NCBI RefSeq assembly: GCF_902713615.1
Contig: NC_052146.1
Span: forward strand, 309,892,335 to 309,956,334
Origin: Scyliorhinus canicula
Taxonomy: Eukaryota
Direction of reading: 5' to 3'
DNA: 64,000 nucleotides
Numbering within the stretch: the first letter of the stretch is position 1; every line of letters starts with the position of its first letter. Both the position numbers and the translations under genes were made by a program. Shown here in pieces: positions 1-12,664 of the stretch. Below the pieces are notes generated by a model, which did not search any database, was not told the DNA's origin, and was given only the letters and a program-made list of their open reading frames with translations.

Positions 1-366
1 TATGAGTGTGTGTGATGGAGTGGGAAGTTGTGAAACTTCCCCCCCCCCAGGTTTAAACTAACCTTCTGAGTTACTGTTAATTCCAGTTTTCTGCAGTTTA
101 TTAGTAAATTGGTTCACAGAACCCAATAGATTTGAAAAATATGCCATCACCAACTAATTGAAAACACGTTGTGCAGACAGACAGGTGGAGCGGAGAAATC
201 AGAGCAGGTTGTCTATCACTCTCCTGTCTGTAACAGGATTGATTTGTAAACTACAGTAACATTCAAACTCCTCCTCTTTCATTGATGTGGTTCCTATTTT
301 GGGAAATGGCAGCAAATCTAAAATGCAGCAAAGAACAACAGCTAAGCCCCATTTCCATTTCCTTAC

Positions 367-419
367 CAAAGGAGCAGGAGGGGATTCTTGAACCTCTTGA
401 TTGCTGCTCCGTGTTTTAT
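367..419 (-). CDS. Second cytoplasmic exon ((D)KTRSSNQEVQESPPAPL); gene probably continues beyond the window start
   Basis: Acceptor tgtgttttcttttag|AT, donor TTG|GTAAGG, 53 nt, phase 1-0, in frame with exon 3492-3535. Confidence 0.7.
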
Positions 420-703
420 CTAAAAGAAAACACAAAGATGTTTCTTCAGAATAGATCCATGTAAAGGCCGAGCTCAGGAAACTGGGAATGATAACAAATG
501 ACAATTCCGGAGTGACTTGGGCAGTTTTCCCGGGAGACATGAGGCCTCCTCTCCGTTATAAAGCTCATCAGAGAAATCAGAAACTCACAGAACAGGAGGA
601 GGCCATTCAGCCCATTGAATCTGTGCTGATTCTTTAAAGGGCCATTGTGCCTAATCCCACATTCCTGCTTTTTATCCGGAATCCTGTAAATTCCTGAGAC
701 ATA

Positions 704-1215
704 CACAGAAACGTGGAAAATAGAATCAGGAGGAAAATCAGGCCCTTCGAGCCTGCTCCCCCATTCATTATGAACATGGCTGATCATCAAGTTCAATGCC
801 CTGATCCCGCCTTCCCCCCATATCCCCCGATCCCTTTAGCCCCAAGAGCAAAATCTAATTCCTTCTTGAAATTACACAACATTTTGCCCTCAACGACTTT
901 CTGTGGGAGTGAATTCCACAGATTCACCTCTCTCTGGGTGAAGAAATTTCTCCTCACCTCAGTTCTCAAAGGTTTACCCCTTATCCTCAAACTATGACCC
1001 CTAGTTCTGGACTCCCCCACCATCGGGAACATTCTTTCTGAATCTACCCTGTCTAATCCTGTTAGAATTTTAGAAGTTTCTATGAGATCCCCTCTCACTC
1101 TTCTAAACTCCAGTGAATATCATCCTAACCCACTTAGTCTCTCCTCATAGGACAGTCCCACCATCCCAGGATTCAGCCAGGTAAACCTTCGCTGCTCTCC
1201 CTCCATAGCAAGTAC
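704..1215 (-). mobile_element. CR1-type LINE 3' fragment
   Basis: MRGDLIET.KIL.GLDRVD..RMFP...SRTRGHSL...FFTQR.VNLWNSLP is the CR1 ORF2 C-terminus. Confidence 0.9.
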
Positions 1216-1596
1216 CTGCCCAACTCTCTTTGAAGATGATTTCTGGAATCAGCTTCCACCACATTTTCCGGGCGAGCGTTTCAGATCCCGACAATTCTCT
1301 GAGTGAAAAACATTTCTCCCCGTCTCCCCATTCGATCTTTACCCAATGATTTTCAATCTCTGATCTCTAGTTGTTAACCCACTCGCCAGAGCAAATAGTT
1401 TTTCTCTCTTAATTCAATCAAAACTCTCATCTCAAACTAATCGGTCAACTCTTAACCATCTCCAATCCCAGGAATCCCTCTGAGAAATGACAATGTGATC
1501 ACTCTACAAGGATATTCCAGATGCTGGTGAAATATCGGAGGCCGCTTCGTGGACTTTCTATGTCTGAAAGTTTATCATTTTGGGGTCACTCACTGT

Positions 1597-3233
1597 AACA
1601 GCACAGGAACAGGCCCTTCGGCCCTCCAAGCCTGCACCGATCCAGATCCTCTATCTAAAACTGTCACCAATTTCTAAGGATCTGTATCCCTTTGCTCCCT
1701 GCCCAGTCATGTGTCTGTCGAGATACATCTTAAATGTCGCTCTCGTGCCCTCCTCTACCACCTCCGCCGGCAATGCGTTCCAGGCACCCACCACCCTCTG
1801 CGTAAAGAACTTTCCACGCATATCTCCCTTAATCTTTTCCCCTCTCACCTTGAACTCATGACCCCTAGTAATTGAGTCCCCCACTCTGGGAAAAAGCTTC
1901 TTGCTATCCACCCTGTCTATACCTCTCATGATTTTGTAGACCTCAATGAGGTCCCACCTCAACATCCGTCTTTCTGATGAAAATAATCCTAATCTACTCA
2001 ACCTCTCTTCATAGCTCGTGCCCTCCATACCAGGCAGCATCCTGGTGAACCTGCTCTGCACCTTCTCCAAAGCATCCACATCCTTTTGGTAATGTGGCGA
2101 TCAGAACTGTACGCAGTATTCCAAATGTGACCGAACCAAAGTCTATCCAACTGTAACATGACCTGCCGACTCTTGAACTCAATACCCCTTCCGTTGAAGG
2201 AAAGCATGCCGTATGCCTTCTTGACCACTCTATCGACCTGCGCAGCCACCTTCAGGGTACAATGGACCTGAACACCCAGATCTCTGTACATCAATTTTCC
2301 CCAGGGCTTTTCCATTTACTGTATAGTTCACTCTTGAATTGGATCTTCCAAAATGCATCACCTCGCATCTGCCCGGATTGAACTCCATCTGCCATTTCTC
2401 CGCCCAACTCTCCAATCTATCTATATTCTGCTGTATTCTCTGACAGTCCCCTTCACTATAGACATAGACATAGAACAGTACAGCACAGAACAGGCCCTTC
2501 GGCCCTCGATGTTGCGCCGAGCAATGATCACCCTACTCAAACCCATGTATCCATCCTATACCCGTAACCCAACAACCCCCCCCTTAATCTTACTTTTTAG
2601 GACACTAAGGGCAATTTAGCATGGCCAATCCACCTAACCCGCACATCTTTGGACTGTGGGAGGAAACCGGAGCACCCGGAGGAAACCCACGCACACACGG
2701 GGAGAACGTGCAGACTCCGCACAGACAGTGACCCAGCCGGGAATCGAACCTGGGACCCTGGAGCTGTGAAGCATTTATGCTAACCACCATGCTACCGTGC
2801 TGCCCAATCTGCTACTCCATTTCCACCATGCTACCGTGCTGCACTATCTGCTACTCCACCTATCTTAGTGTCATCTGCAAACTTGCTAATCAGACCACCT
2901 ATACCTTCGTCCAGATCATTTATGTATATCACAAACAACCGTGGTCCCAGCACAGAGCCCTGTGGAACACCACTGGTCACAGTTCTCCATTTTGAGAAAC
3001 TCCCTTCCACTACTACTCTCTGTCTCCTGTTGCCCAGCCAGTTCTTTATCCATCTAGCTAGTACACCCTGGAACCCAGGAGACTTCACTTTCTCCATCAG
3101 CCTACCATGGGGAACCTTATCAAATGCCTTACTGAAGTCCATGTATATGACATCTACAGCCCTTCCCTCATCAATCAACTTTGTTACTTCCACAAAGAAT
3201 TCTATTAAGTTGGTAAACATGACTTTCCCTGCA
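1597..3233 (-). mobile_element. CR1 LINE (RT and 3' end) interrupted by a SINE at 2457-2805
   Basis: [22 protein letters not shown] and KFADDTK RT motifs; HLEYCVQF/RFTRMLPG C-terminal motifs. Confidence 0.9.
2457..2805 (-). mobile_element. tRNA-headed SINE with CR1-like 3' tail (HE1-like shark SINE)
   Basis: Head GGGCAGCACGGTAGCATGGTGGTTAGCA...GGTTCGATTCCC and (TTCTA/TGTCTA)n tail. Related copies lie at about 8035-8190, 16025-16320, 17325-17640, 32640-32900, 35510-35855, 41330-41668 and 51185-51310. Confidence 0.85.
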
Positions 3234-3491
3234 CATTGACAATAACATTGCCACCCTGAGGGTATGTCTCACACTCTGCAGCTACAGGGCTGGGGACAGC
3301 CTCCTACCATCTTCATTCTGTCCCATGTAGCTTTACAGCATTTAACGGTAAACTTTGCAAATCAGACAAATAAATTAACCAAATTATTCGCATGTTAATT
3401 CCATCCCAAAACTAACAGCATCAAAGGGGTATCTGGGATTGAGCGTAATTCCCGGTGAACGTGGCAACAATGGTTGAATTAGTTTACTCAC

Positions 3492-3535
3492 CGCCCACTG
3501 TTGCATACACAGGGTTCTGGTCTTCATCAGGGATC
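3492..3535 (-). CDS. Cytoplasmic exon with tyrosine motif (IPDEDQNPVYATVG)
   Basis: Acceptor atttctttag|G, donor GGCG|GTGAGT, 44 nt, phase 2-1. The phase matches the TM exon and the next exon exactly. Confidence 0.8.
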
Positions 3536-3744
3536 CTAAAGAAATGCCACACATTAGCTTCATTGCAGCATTACCGCAGAACAACAGGTCACACTCTTGC
3601 TGGAGACGGAGTTTAGATTTTCCAACATGGACCTTTGATTCCAGTTTTTAAGGACGATGACATGGATGAGCCAGATATCCGGAATCATTCACTAAATAAG
3701 CAGAATTTGCTCTCCAATGAAGAAAGGAATCCAAACTCTCTTCA

Positions 3745-3975
3745 TAACTTAACGTTCCATCCCAGGCAACATCCTGGTGAATCTCCTCTGCACCCCCTCC
3801 AGTGCAATCACATCCTTCCTATAATGTGGTGACCAGAACTGCACACAGTACTCCAGCTGTGGCCTCACCAAAGTTCTACATAACTCCAACATGACCTCCC
3901 TGCTTTTGTAATCGATGCCCCGATTGATAAAGGCAAGTGTCCCATCTGCCGTTTTCACCACCCCATTAACCTCCC
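3745..3975 (-). mobile_element. CR1 fragment
   Basis: LVRPQLEYCVQFWSPHYRKDVIALEGVQRRFTRMLPG. Confidence 0.85.
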
Positions 3976-5220
3976 AACTCAATAAACACAAAGCATGTCA
4001 CACTTTGGGAAAGGGCTGGAAACAGTGCGGACTTCTCCTGGGAAATCTGATCCATCTCATTTCTATCAAAGCAATGCAAACTGTGCAGATGTCCACGGTC
4101 ACACCACCTAAACCAGACTGGTCAGGATTCCCCTGGGCTCCCAGTGAATCCACAATGAATACTTGGATTTTCCGCTATCTGGGCCATGCACTGACTGCTG
4201 TCTCGTTACAACCTGGAAATTTCAAAACCCATTTTGCACAATATTCTCCGGAACATTTGAATGTTTTGAATGTTAGTTAAGAAACACCGAGGCTGTCCTG
4301 TCCTTCACTGACAGTGAAAGTTATATCAGTTTTGGAAGACATGCTAGAGAGCTCTCCACTCCAAGCTGATTAAGCTGTCAGGCTTTAGTGAGGAAACAGG
4401 AGAGATTCACTGGGATTGGATCTGGTGTCAGGAAAACAAATACAAAGAAAGACGGGAGACATTTTTTATCATCAGCATAACCCAGATTGCAGAGCAATAT
4501 GATCAAAGGTCTTCAAAATTCTTTAAACTTGGGATAGAAGAGATGGAAGCGGACTTTTGCAGGGAGGGTGAAGATTGAGGAGCTCTGGACACAAGCTGAT
4601 GGAAGAGACTTAGAAGAGGGCAGGTAAATATCTTGACACAGAGTCGGGAGGATGTGGGATTCACCCAGACTAGTTTGTGAGGCAGAAATAATGTCAACAT
4701 TTGAGATTAGATTGGAGAGGGAGGTGATGAAAAAGAATGCTGAAGAGATTTGGGAACATGGTGTGAATATGATGAGAACTATTTCCTTGTGGGGAGAGTA
4801 AAGGCCGACATGGGCTGTTTAGACAGAGAGCATGAACACTAGTTTGTTCTAACCACCATGAGGGACTGTGCAGCCAGCGAGACACGGGCACTGAACCAGC
4901 ACGCAGGGCGAGGGTGGCAATTATCCAGCACTAATGTCCGAAGGGCGAGGTTTAGAGCTTCAACTGTTAAAACCATCCTGGCTCTCAGCAGCAGCAGTTA
5001 GGTGCCTGTTGGTCAATACTGGGGTGGTTGTGATGCCAGGACAGTTGGAGATGACTGGCACCAGTCAAGCACTGGCACATGTGTTGGTCTCAACAGTAGC
5101 AGCTCACACCACTTGAACGCGAGGCTGCAAGGGGAATGTGGCTCCTCAATAAAAGCAGCAAGTTATAAAATAATGACCCTGTGCAGTAACAGTATCAAAC
5201 ACAAGATGAGTCATATTTAC

Positions 5221-5371
5221 CTTTGTGTGGAGTTCTTTGCAGAGTGCAACCTCTTTTTTACAAGATAACATGTGAGCAGAGCAAAGCAGAACAAGACAAC
5301 AAAGGCCAGGATTATCCCCGTGCTTAAAACAATCACATCTGAAGTCCTGGGATCCTTGTCGGATGATTGTT
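5221..5371 (-). CDS. Stalk + transmembrane exon (no charged TM residue)
   Basis: Acceptor gatattttacag|AA, donor CAAAG|GTAAAT, 151 nt, phase 1-2. It encodes (K)QSSDKDPRTSD-VIVLSTGIILAFVVLFCFALLTCYLV-KKRLHSAKNSTQ(R): a hydrophobic span followed by a basic stop-transfer. Confidence 0.9.
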
Positions 5372-5424
5372 CTGTAAAATATCAGAATGTTAGACACACG
5401 GCAGCTTCAGTATATTCAGCTTCA

Positions 5425-5759
5425 GATATTAGTTCAGCCTCAATCAGAATATTACATCCAGTTCTGGGTATCGCACTTTAGGAAGGATGTGAAGGTATCG
5501 GAGAGAGTGCAGCAAAGATTCAAGACAATGGATCCAGGGATGGGGAACTTCAGTTCTGGGGATATATTGGAGAAGTTGGACCATTCTCCTTGGAGAGAAG
5601 AAGGATCAGAGGAGGTTTGATAGAGATGTTCAAAATCACTGGAGTTCTGACCAGAGCAGACAGGGAGAAACTGTTCCACTTTCTGAAAAGATTGAGAGAC
5701 AGAGGGCAAGAAAATAATTTGCAAAAACGGCAATTGCGAAATGAAGAAAAAACTTCTTC
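5425..5759 (+). mobile_element. Degenerate CR1 3' fragment
   Basis: YYIQFWVSHFRKDV...ERVQQRF and RRRIRGGLIEMFKI motifs. Confidence 0.75.
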
Positions 5760-6010
5760 CACACAGCGAGTGGTTAGGGTCTGGAATGTTCTGTCTGAGA
5801 GTGTGGTGGAGGCAGATTCACACAGCGAGTGGTTAGGGTCTGGAATGTACTGTCTGAGAGCGTGGTGGAGGCAGATTCACACAGCGAGTGGTTAGGGTCT
5901 GGAATGTACTGTCTGAGAGTGTGGTGGAGGCAAATTGACACAGCGAGTGGTTAGGATCCGGAATGTTCTGTCTGAGAGTGTGATGTAGACAGATTCACAC
6001 AGCGAGTGGT
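5760..6010 (+). repeat. 59-bp tandem repeat (about 4 copies) derived from a CR1 3' segment
   Basis: Unit ACACAGCGAGTGGTTAGGGTCTGGAATGTACTGTCTGAGAGTGTGGTGGAGGCAGATTC, corresponding to CR1 TQRVVRVWN.L.E.VVEADS. Confidence 0.9.
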
Positions 6011-6399
6011 GAGGGACAGAGTCAGGTTTAGAGAAGGTGCCAAGGAGTGTAGACCAAGTTGGAGGGAAGTACCAGGGGGCAGTCTGTTCACCCCCCATGG
6101 TGGGGACTTCAAACCTTTTCAACCCCCAAAGCCACCTCCTTATAAACCAAACCCTCAGAGACTGGCTCAGTTAGAGACTGAGGGACAATGCATGTTGGCC
6201 ATGTTACAGAAACACGGAAAACTGTTGTGGTCCACGGAATGCCAAAGAGAGTCTGAGCTGAGATGTCTCCGGCTGTGTTGGAGGACAAATCGGTGTTGGC
6301 CGCCCCAGATTTTTCCAAACTGCAGAGCTGAGCAGAATCCTTTTGAATCTCTGTCCCAAAAGAGGGCAATTCTCTGTCAAATCTCAGTTTGAACTCCCT

Positions 6400-7096
6400 T
6401 CAGGTACACAAAGCAGTTAGTGAGTACTGAAAACCTGAATACAGAGCTGGGGAGGGGGGATCATTCCAGATCCCTCTTCTATTAAAGGTACCAGACCAGT
6501 CAAAGGCCTCACGAAAATGCTGCTCTAATATTCTGTGTAACTGAGACAAGTTGTTGGTGAGTCTGCTGAAGCTGACCACATATCAGAAACTCAGCAGGTT
6601 TGAAGTTCTCCTTCCAGATGGAATCCCACAGCCTGAGAATCCAGCCTGAATGGCCCAGCTTGAAGATCTAACCCAACTGATGGTTCAACACATCGCATTC
6701 TGAAGAGATCACTGCCGACAAAAACCTCAACCTCAGCAGCAAAGATCCTTAAATATCTCACACCCAGTTTAATCCCCATCATTTCGATCCTTTCCCTTCC
6801 CCCCTGTGTGTCTGTCTTGTGTGCATGTGGCTGGAGGGTGGGACTGTGATTGGGGAACATTTATATTAATAGATCACTGTTATATTATTTCCATTATCTG
6901 TTCATCTTGTTCTCTTTTTATAAATAAACATTTTTTTAATGTTTTACTTTCCAATCCTGTGCTGATAACTCATTGGAGAGGTCAAGGGTCAAAGATCTCA
7001 GGAAAGTACACAAGTTACTGGTTAATTCACTTATGTTGGGACTCCGGGGTCTGTGGGGCTGGAACTGACCGTGCGCTGGCCCAGGGTGTCGTAACA
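6400..7096 (+). mobile_element. LTR-like remnant (5' boundary uncertain)
   Basis: AATAAA at about 6922 and a typical LTR end ...GGGTGTCGTAACA. Confidence 0.45.
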
Positions 7097-7384
7097 AAAT
7101 GTATCACCGTTCCTTCACTGTCGCTGGGTCACAATCCTGGAACTCCCTCCCCAACAGCAGTACCTACACCACATGGAGTGCAGCAGCTCACCACAACCCA
7201 CTCCAGGGCAGTTAGGGATGGCACCTTGCCAATAAAGTGAATATAAAACAAAACAGTTTGAAGCATCACATTGGCAATAACCAGCGAAAACAAAGGAGTC
7301 AAAGAATTTATATTCTGGAAGATAAGTTCAAGAAGATTCCATCTGTGAGTAAAACCACATGAGAATCATGGAATCTGTACTTAC

Positions 7385-7729
7385 TGGTTACATTCAGCTG
7401 TGATCCATTCCCACTGATATCTCCCCACACGGAGCAGTAATAGACGGCAGTGTCACTGGGCTGCACGTTGCTGATTGTCAGGATGAAGGTTTTATTGGCC
7501 GTGTCTCGGGAAGGATGGAAACGCTCAGTGAAACCCGGACTCCGTTGTGTGTTGTTCTTTATATCATGTGTTAAAACCCTCTCCATATCTTTCCCTGGCA
7601 GCTCCCGGTTCCAGTGAACATCGGTGTGTGTCACTGCGGCGTTCCGCATGGTGCACTGTAACCGTGCAGTCTGACCCTCTGTGACACGTTCCAGACTCGG
7701 GGACTGGATAAGGACTGGAGCATTCGCAC
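7385..7729 (-). CDS. Ig V-set domain exon D2 with germline-fused J-like G strand (membrane-proximal)
   Basis: Acceptor tttttctcttaaag|GT, donor ACCA|GTAAGT, 345 nt, phase 1-1. It encodes ANAPVLIQSPSLERVTEGQTARLQC...VHWNRELPG...LTISNVQPSDTAVYYCSVWGDISGNGSQLNVT. By my alignment it is 76/115 aa identical to D1. Confidence 0.95.
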
Positions 7730-8199
7730 CTTTAAGAGAAAAATATCAACAACTTAAACACCAGTCTGAAGGTTCCAAAGTGTTTAAAGGGAATGTTCGG
7801 TGTTAAAAAGAGAGAACCAGATTCTAAGACTGAACCAATGGGCTGATTCATTCAAATAAAGCAAAATATATTTGTGAGAGTAAATAAAAAATCAGTTGCT
7901 TAATTGTTTAGGATCGAATCTTGTTGAAAAGAGACACATTGTTGAAGTATTTCATTTTGTACTCATCGAGAAAAACACAGTTTAATTTCAAAGAATCACA
8001 ATTTATCCTTCAGGGGGAAATGGTGCCAATGGGTGACACTGCAGCGCAGTGGTTATCACTGTTGTTTCACTGCTCTCAGGTTCCAGGTTTGATTCCCGGC
8101 TTGGGTCACTGTGTCTGTGCGGAGTCTGCACATTCTCCCTGTGTCAGCGTGGGTTTCCTCCGGGTGCTCCGTTTCCTCACATACATCCTGAAAAATGTG

Positions 8200-8795
8200 G
8201 TGCGGGATTCTGCGGGAATCGGCGGGGTGGGCAACTCTAGCGAGAAGGAGTGGCGTGAATCACAGGCCGGCAGGGAAGGGGATTGGTGCCAAGCCAACCG
8301 GTGCCGAAGGGCCTCTGCCGGCCGGCACAAGTTAGCGCATGCGCGGTAGCGCCAGCATGTGCTGGTGGGGGGAGCTCATCTCCGCGTCTGTCATGGCGGA
8401 GGAACAGCAGCCGACGCGGAGGAATAGAGTGCCCCCACAGCGCAGGCCTGTCCGCGGATCGGTGGGCCCCGATGGTGGGCCAGACCCCCGTGGGGGCACC
8501 TCCTGGGGCCAGATCCCCCCACTCATCCCCCCCCCCCCCCCGAGGACACCGGAGGCCGCCCGCGCCACGAGGTCCCGCTTGGAAGGACCTACTCTAAATT
8601 ACGCCGGCGGGACCGGCAACAAACGGGCGGCCACTCGGCCCATCACAGGCCGGAGAATTGCCTGATGGCCGGGAGGGCCGATTCCCACCCCCGCCAAATC
8701 TCCGGCACTGGAGAATTCGGCAGCCGGCGGGGACGGGATTCACGCCGTTCCCCATCGATTCTCCGACTTGGCAGGGTGTCGCAGAAACCTGCCCG
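8200..8795. mobile_element. GC-rich non-autonomous DNA element (MITE-like, Harbinger-type)
   Basis: Imperfect terminal inverted repeats GCGGGATTCTGCG ... CGCAGAAACCTGCCC. A smaller relative lies at 46127-46338 (GGCCGGATTCTCCGGT ... GAGAATTCCGGCC). Confidence 0.55.
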
Positions 8796-9227
8796 TGTTG
8801 TTTGGAAATTAGGACATTCTGAATTCTCCCTCTGTGTACCCGAACTGCCGCTGGAATGTGGCGACTCGGAGCATTTTACAGTAACTTCATAGCAGTGTTA
8901 ATGTAAGACTACTTGTGACAATAAAAATTATTTAAAAAGACGCCAACTCTGATTGGCTGAAACGTTGCCATGGAGAATACCGCGAATTCAAGGCTCCCAA
9001 AGCTCCTGTTGAATTCAAATAAAGGAGCACGTCTTGAACATATTCCTTTTGTTTGCAGACAGCCGGTCTCTGATTGTCTCACTTTGAGCGAGTGTAAATG
9101 AGACACATCAGCTCTTGTTTAAACACATCGGAGGTCAATGTCAATCAGTTGAAACATATTGTTCCAACACCATGGGTCAGTGCACGGTCAATTCCAGCCC
9201 CACTTGACCCAGTGTCACAACACAGGG

Positions 9228-9410
9228 GCTGTTTAGCACAATGCTAAATCGCTGGCTTTGAAAGCACACCAAGCAGGCCAGCAGCACGGTTCGATTCCCG
9301 TAACAGCCTCCCCGGACAGGCGCCGGAATGTGGCGACTAGGGGCTTTTCACAGTAACTTCATTTGAAGCCTACTCGTGACAATAAGCGATTTTCATTTCA
9401 TTTCATTTAA
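9228..9410 (+). mobile_element. Second tRNA-derived SINE family with (ATTTC)n tail
   Basis: GGTTCGATTCCC B-box, core TGTGGCGACTAGGGGCTTTTCACAGTAACTTC. Other copies lie at about 8850-8935, 43258-43445 (-) and 60480-60590 (-). Confidence 0.75.
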
Positions 9411-10189
9411 ACTTTTATTTTACAATTCCCGAGGTCTTCAGCTGCCCAATAATTACAGTCACCAGGTTTGTAAATTTAAACATAATTAACTTCTTATTAA
9501 AAATAACTATAATTAAATAAGCAACAAATACAACTGGTTAACTATTATGTAATATCCAGCACCCCCACCCTTGTGTTCCTTACTTCTGCACAAATTAAAG
9601 GTCATGGACCAAAAAAGATAGAGACCAAATAATAGAACTAGGATCTGAGGGAACAACAGGAATGCCGCTGGGAATGTGAAGAGGAATAGCAGCGTCAGTG
9701 AGCAGAGTGATGTGAGTCTCGATGGACGGCAGCTCCTGATTACACCTCCCAGTCTCAGGCTCTCCCCACACCCTGTCCCCACTCATGGAGCCCCACATCT
9801 CCCAATCCCTCCTCTGACATTCCAGCTCCTCTGCTTCTCTGCTCTGTGCTCCGGTGCTGCAGAAATGTTGCCGGAAAATCCCCACCCAGCTCACTGCTTC
9901 CCTCGGAATGATCATCTTTCCCTGACACTGAATCCTCACAACCATTCTGCTGCCGTGTACAGTCAGCCCCCCCCCCTGACACCCACCTCACCCCCCCACC
10001 TCACCCCCCCACCTCACCCCCCCCCCACCTCACCCCTCACGCCACCCCCCCCCCCCACCTCACCCCCAAACCGAGTGTATACCGTTCTCCAATCAGGATT
10101 CAGTTCCCAACACTGAGGAAAATAATGGTTAATCCGGGAGAGCTGCCAGAGCCAAGGCCACGGCCCCATGGCTGCCTCAGCTGTACTGG

Positions 10190-10410
10190 GGGGGGGGGGG
10201 GGGTGGAATCGCTGGTATACCCCAGATCCAGGGGTAATAGATGGCACGCATGTCCACTTGCTCACACCGGGGCATCACGGAGTTCCCTTCACCAACCGAA
10301 AGGGATTCCACTCCCTGAACCTCCAACCTGTGTGCGACCACCACATGGAGATCGTGCTCGTGTGTGCGCACTTCCCCGGGAGTGTGCACGGCAGCTGCCT
10401 AACACTAATT
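10190..10410 (+). pseudogene. Harbinger/PIF DDE transposase (HARBI1-like) fragment
   Basis: VIDGTHV...NRKGFHSLNLQPVCDH...FPGSVH matches the DDE_Tnp_4 motifs. Confidence 0.8.
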
Positions 10411-10439
10411 TGGGTTGACTCTTGGGGTATATGAGGACC

Positions 10440-11350
10440 TTTGCTGTTTGGAGGACAGTGTTAGTGGTCTGATTAGTACGTTTGTAGATGACATCAAGGT
10501 TGTTGGAATTGTGGATAGCGATGAGGACTCTCAGAGGATACGGCAGGATATAGATCGTTTAAAGACTTGGGCTTAATATGAGGTACTGCTTTTTGGAAGG
10601 TCTAAAATATTTGAGAAATATGCAGTAAATGCCAGAACCCTTGAGAATATTGACAGGCAGAAGGATCTGGGTGTACAGGTACACAGGTCAGTGGAAGTGG
10701 CAAAACAGGTGGAGAAGGTTGTCAAGGAGCCATGTGGACTGCCTGTCTTCATCGGTCAGGCAATTGAACATAGAAATTGGCAAGTCATGCTCTAGTTGTA
10801 CAGAACCTTAGTTAGGCCACTTGGAATACAGTGTTTAATTCTTGTCGCCACACTACCAGAAGGATGTGGAGGATTTGGAGAGGGTATAGCAGAAGTTTAT
10901 CAGGATGTTGCCTGGTATGGAGAGCATTGCCTATAAGGAGAGGTTGGAGAAACATGGTTTGTTCTCACTCGAGCGGCGGACGTTGAGGGGCAACTGATAG
11001 AAGTCTCCAAAATTATGAGGGGCATGGACAGAGTAGAGAGGCAAAAGCTTTGTCGCAGGATGGAAGAGTCTAGGGAGCACAGGTTTAAGGTGTAAAGGGC
11101 AAAGTTTAGAGGAGATGTGCAAGGGAATTTTTATTACACAGAGAGTCTCGTGAAACGCGCTGTAGGAGAAGATGGTGAACGCAGATACGAAAGTGACGTT
11201 TATGGGGCACCTTGATAAATCCATAAATCGGATGGGATTAAAGGGATAAGTACCCCGGAAGTGTAGAAGGTTTTCAGTTCGATGGGCAATATGGACGGCG
11301 CAGGCTTGGTGCTGAAGGAGCTGGCTCCTGTGCTGTACTTTTCTTTGTTC
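10440..11350 (+). mobile_element. Degenerate CR1 LINE 3' half
   Basis: FVDDIKVVG, LVRPLG..FLSPHYQKDV and a CR1 3' UTR. Confidence 0.85.
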
Positions 11351-11546
11351 TTAAAGCTGCGATTAAGGAGGCGTTAATGTGAGGTCATCATTGAATTTAA
11401 CCATTTATTTGTTTACAGAGTGATGGCCAACGGGATCTGGTTTCTGTTTCTGGAAGGTCACTGAAGTGTAGATAATTGGTGAGGGATGGTGTTTAGTACT
11501 CACTGGGCAGGTCATGGGACATCACATTGGGGTACAGATTATGTAA

Positions 11547-12460
11547 TGTAGCCATCTAAGATGGACACTAAAGAACACAAAATGGAAGACTGCAAAGATG
11601 CAGGGAAAACGGACATGTTAAAGAGCAAATAGCTTGCAGAGCAAGTATGCATTGAGACAATTGCAGAAACCGGTTTCCCGACAGCGGCAGAGATCAGGCA
11701 GCGTTGTAAATGGAAAGCCGTTAGCATAGAAATGAGGTGATACCGGGCCAGTCCCAGGTACAATGGACACAAATTAAGTATAAATCGATACATTCAATAG
11801 CAGACCAGACACGGCGCAGCCAGAGAAGCGCAGGACAATAAGTCCTAAGAACCGCCCCAGCGATCAAGGAACAGCCCTAGGATTGGGGGGGTTCAAACCA
11901 TATCAATTGGGAAAAGGCCCAATCGATCCCCAGCAGGTGAGGGAGCCCGCCCAAAGGGGCGCGGACCCCCTGGGACCTCTCTTTTATAGGTCCCACACAT
12001 GGTTCAGTCCCCTGTCTCCGGCTTCCGGCTCCAGCCTCCAGACCCCTGTCTTCTACATCAGCCGTCGAGCAGCAGCCTCCAATAAGTAAGTGCCTAAACA
12101 ACGACCGCTACCTGAAACCGGCATTACTGACACCCTTGCCGACTGATAGTGATCCGAAGCCTGCAGACCAGAACAGAACAAAGGCCTTGTTCCCTGACCT
12201 CGCAGTTCCTTCTTAGCTAAGTATTAGTTGTTCAGTGGTAGAAGTAAGTTTAATCTTTAGCGTGTGCATGAGTGTTATTATAATTGTGTTATAATAAACT
12301 CTAATTGTTTTGGATTTACTAATTGGTGTACAGCTTTATTGATTTGAACTTGACCTTGATACTTGTGACAGTGCCTTGACGGCACCTGGCGACTCCAGAG
12401 CTTAGAACGTGAAACAGAACCAAAGCGAGTGTTAAGCACACTCACCCAAAATGAGCAACA
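11547..12460 (+). mobile_element. Solo LTR (about 0.9 kb) with 4-bp TSD GTAA
   Basis: TGTAGCCATCTAAGATGG...GAGCAACA flanked by GTAA/GTAA. Related to 61686-62662 and 56716-57636. Confidence 0.8.
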
Positions 12461-12664
12461 GTAATTAATGGGAGGAGCCAGGTCTGCATGTGGCTTTCAC
12501 AGTTCTGTCAGAGGATTTGAGTCTGATAAGACAGAAGGATTTTCAGGTTGTTCCTGAAAGGGCCTCTCTCATTGAACGTCTGCACAGAGAACATTGAGTA
12601 ATCCTGATTGTCAACTTTATTTATGAATGGATTTTGAACTGTAGTGGGTTGCTTATTTGGAATA

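Noticed and set aside
2457-2805. tRNA genes at the A/B-box-like SINE heads
   Set aside because: They are tRNA-derived SINE heads continuing into SINE bodies and tails, with no complete cloverleaf.
4110-4212. Exon candidate after acceptor TTTCCAG between the TM and cytoplasmic exons
   Set aside because: It would have to start in phase 2, which gives an immediate stop (G TTG TAA). The TM exon already joins 3492-3535 in frame.
9513-9782. Hydrophobic ORF as a separate TM exon for V domain D1
   Set aside because: The only good acceptor gives a stop in the required phase 1. The hydrophobicity is explained by pyrimidine-rich sequence.
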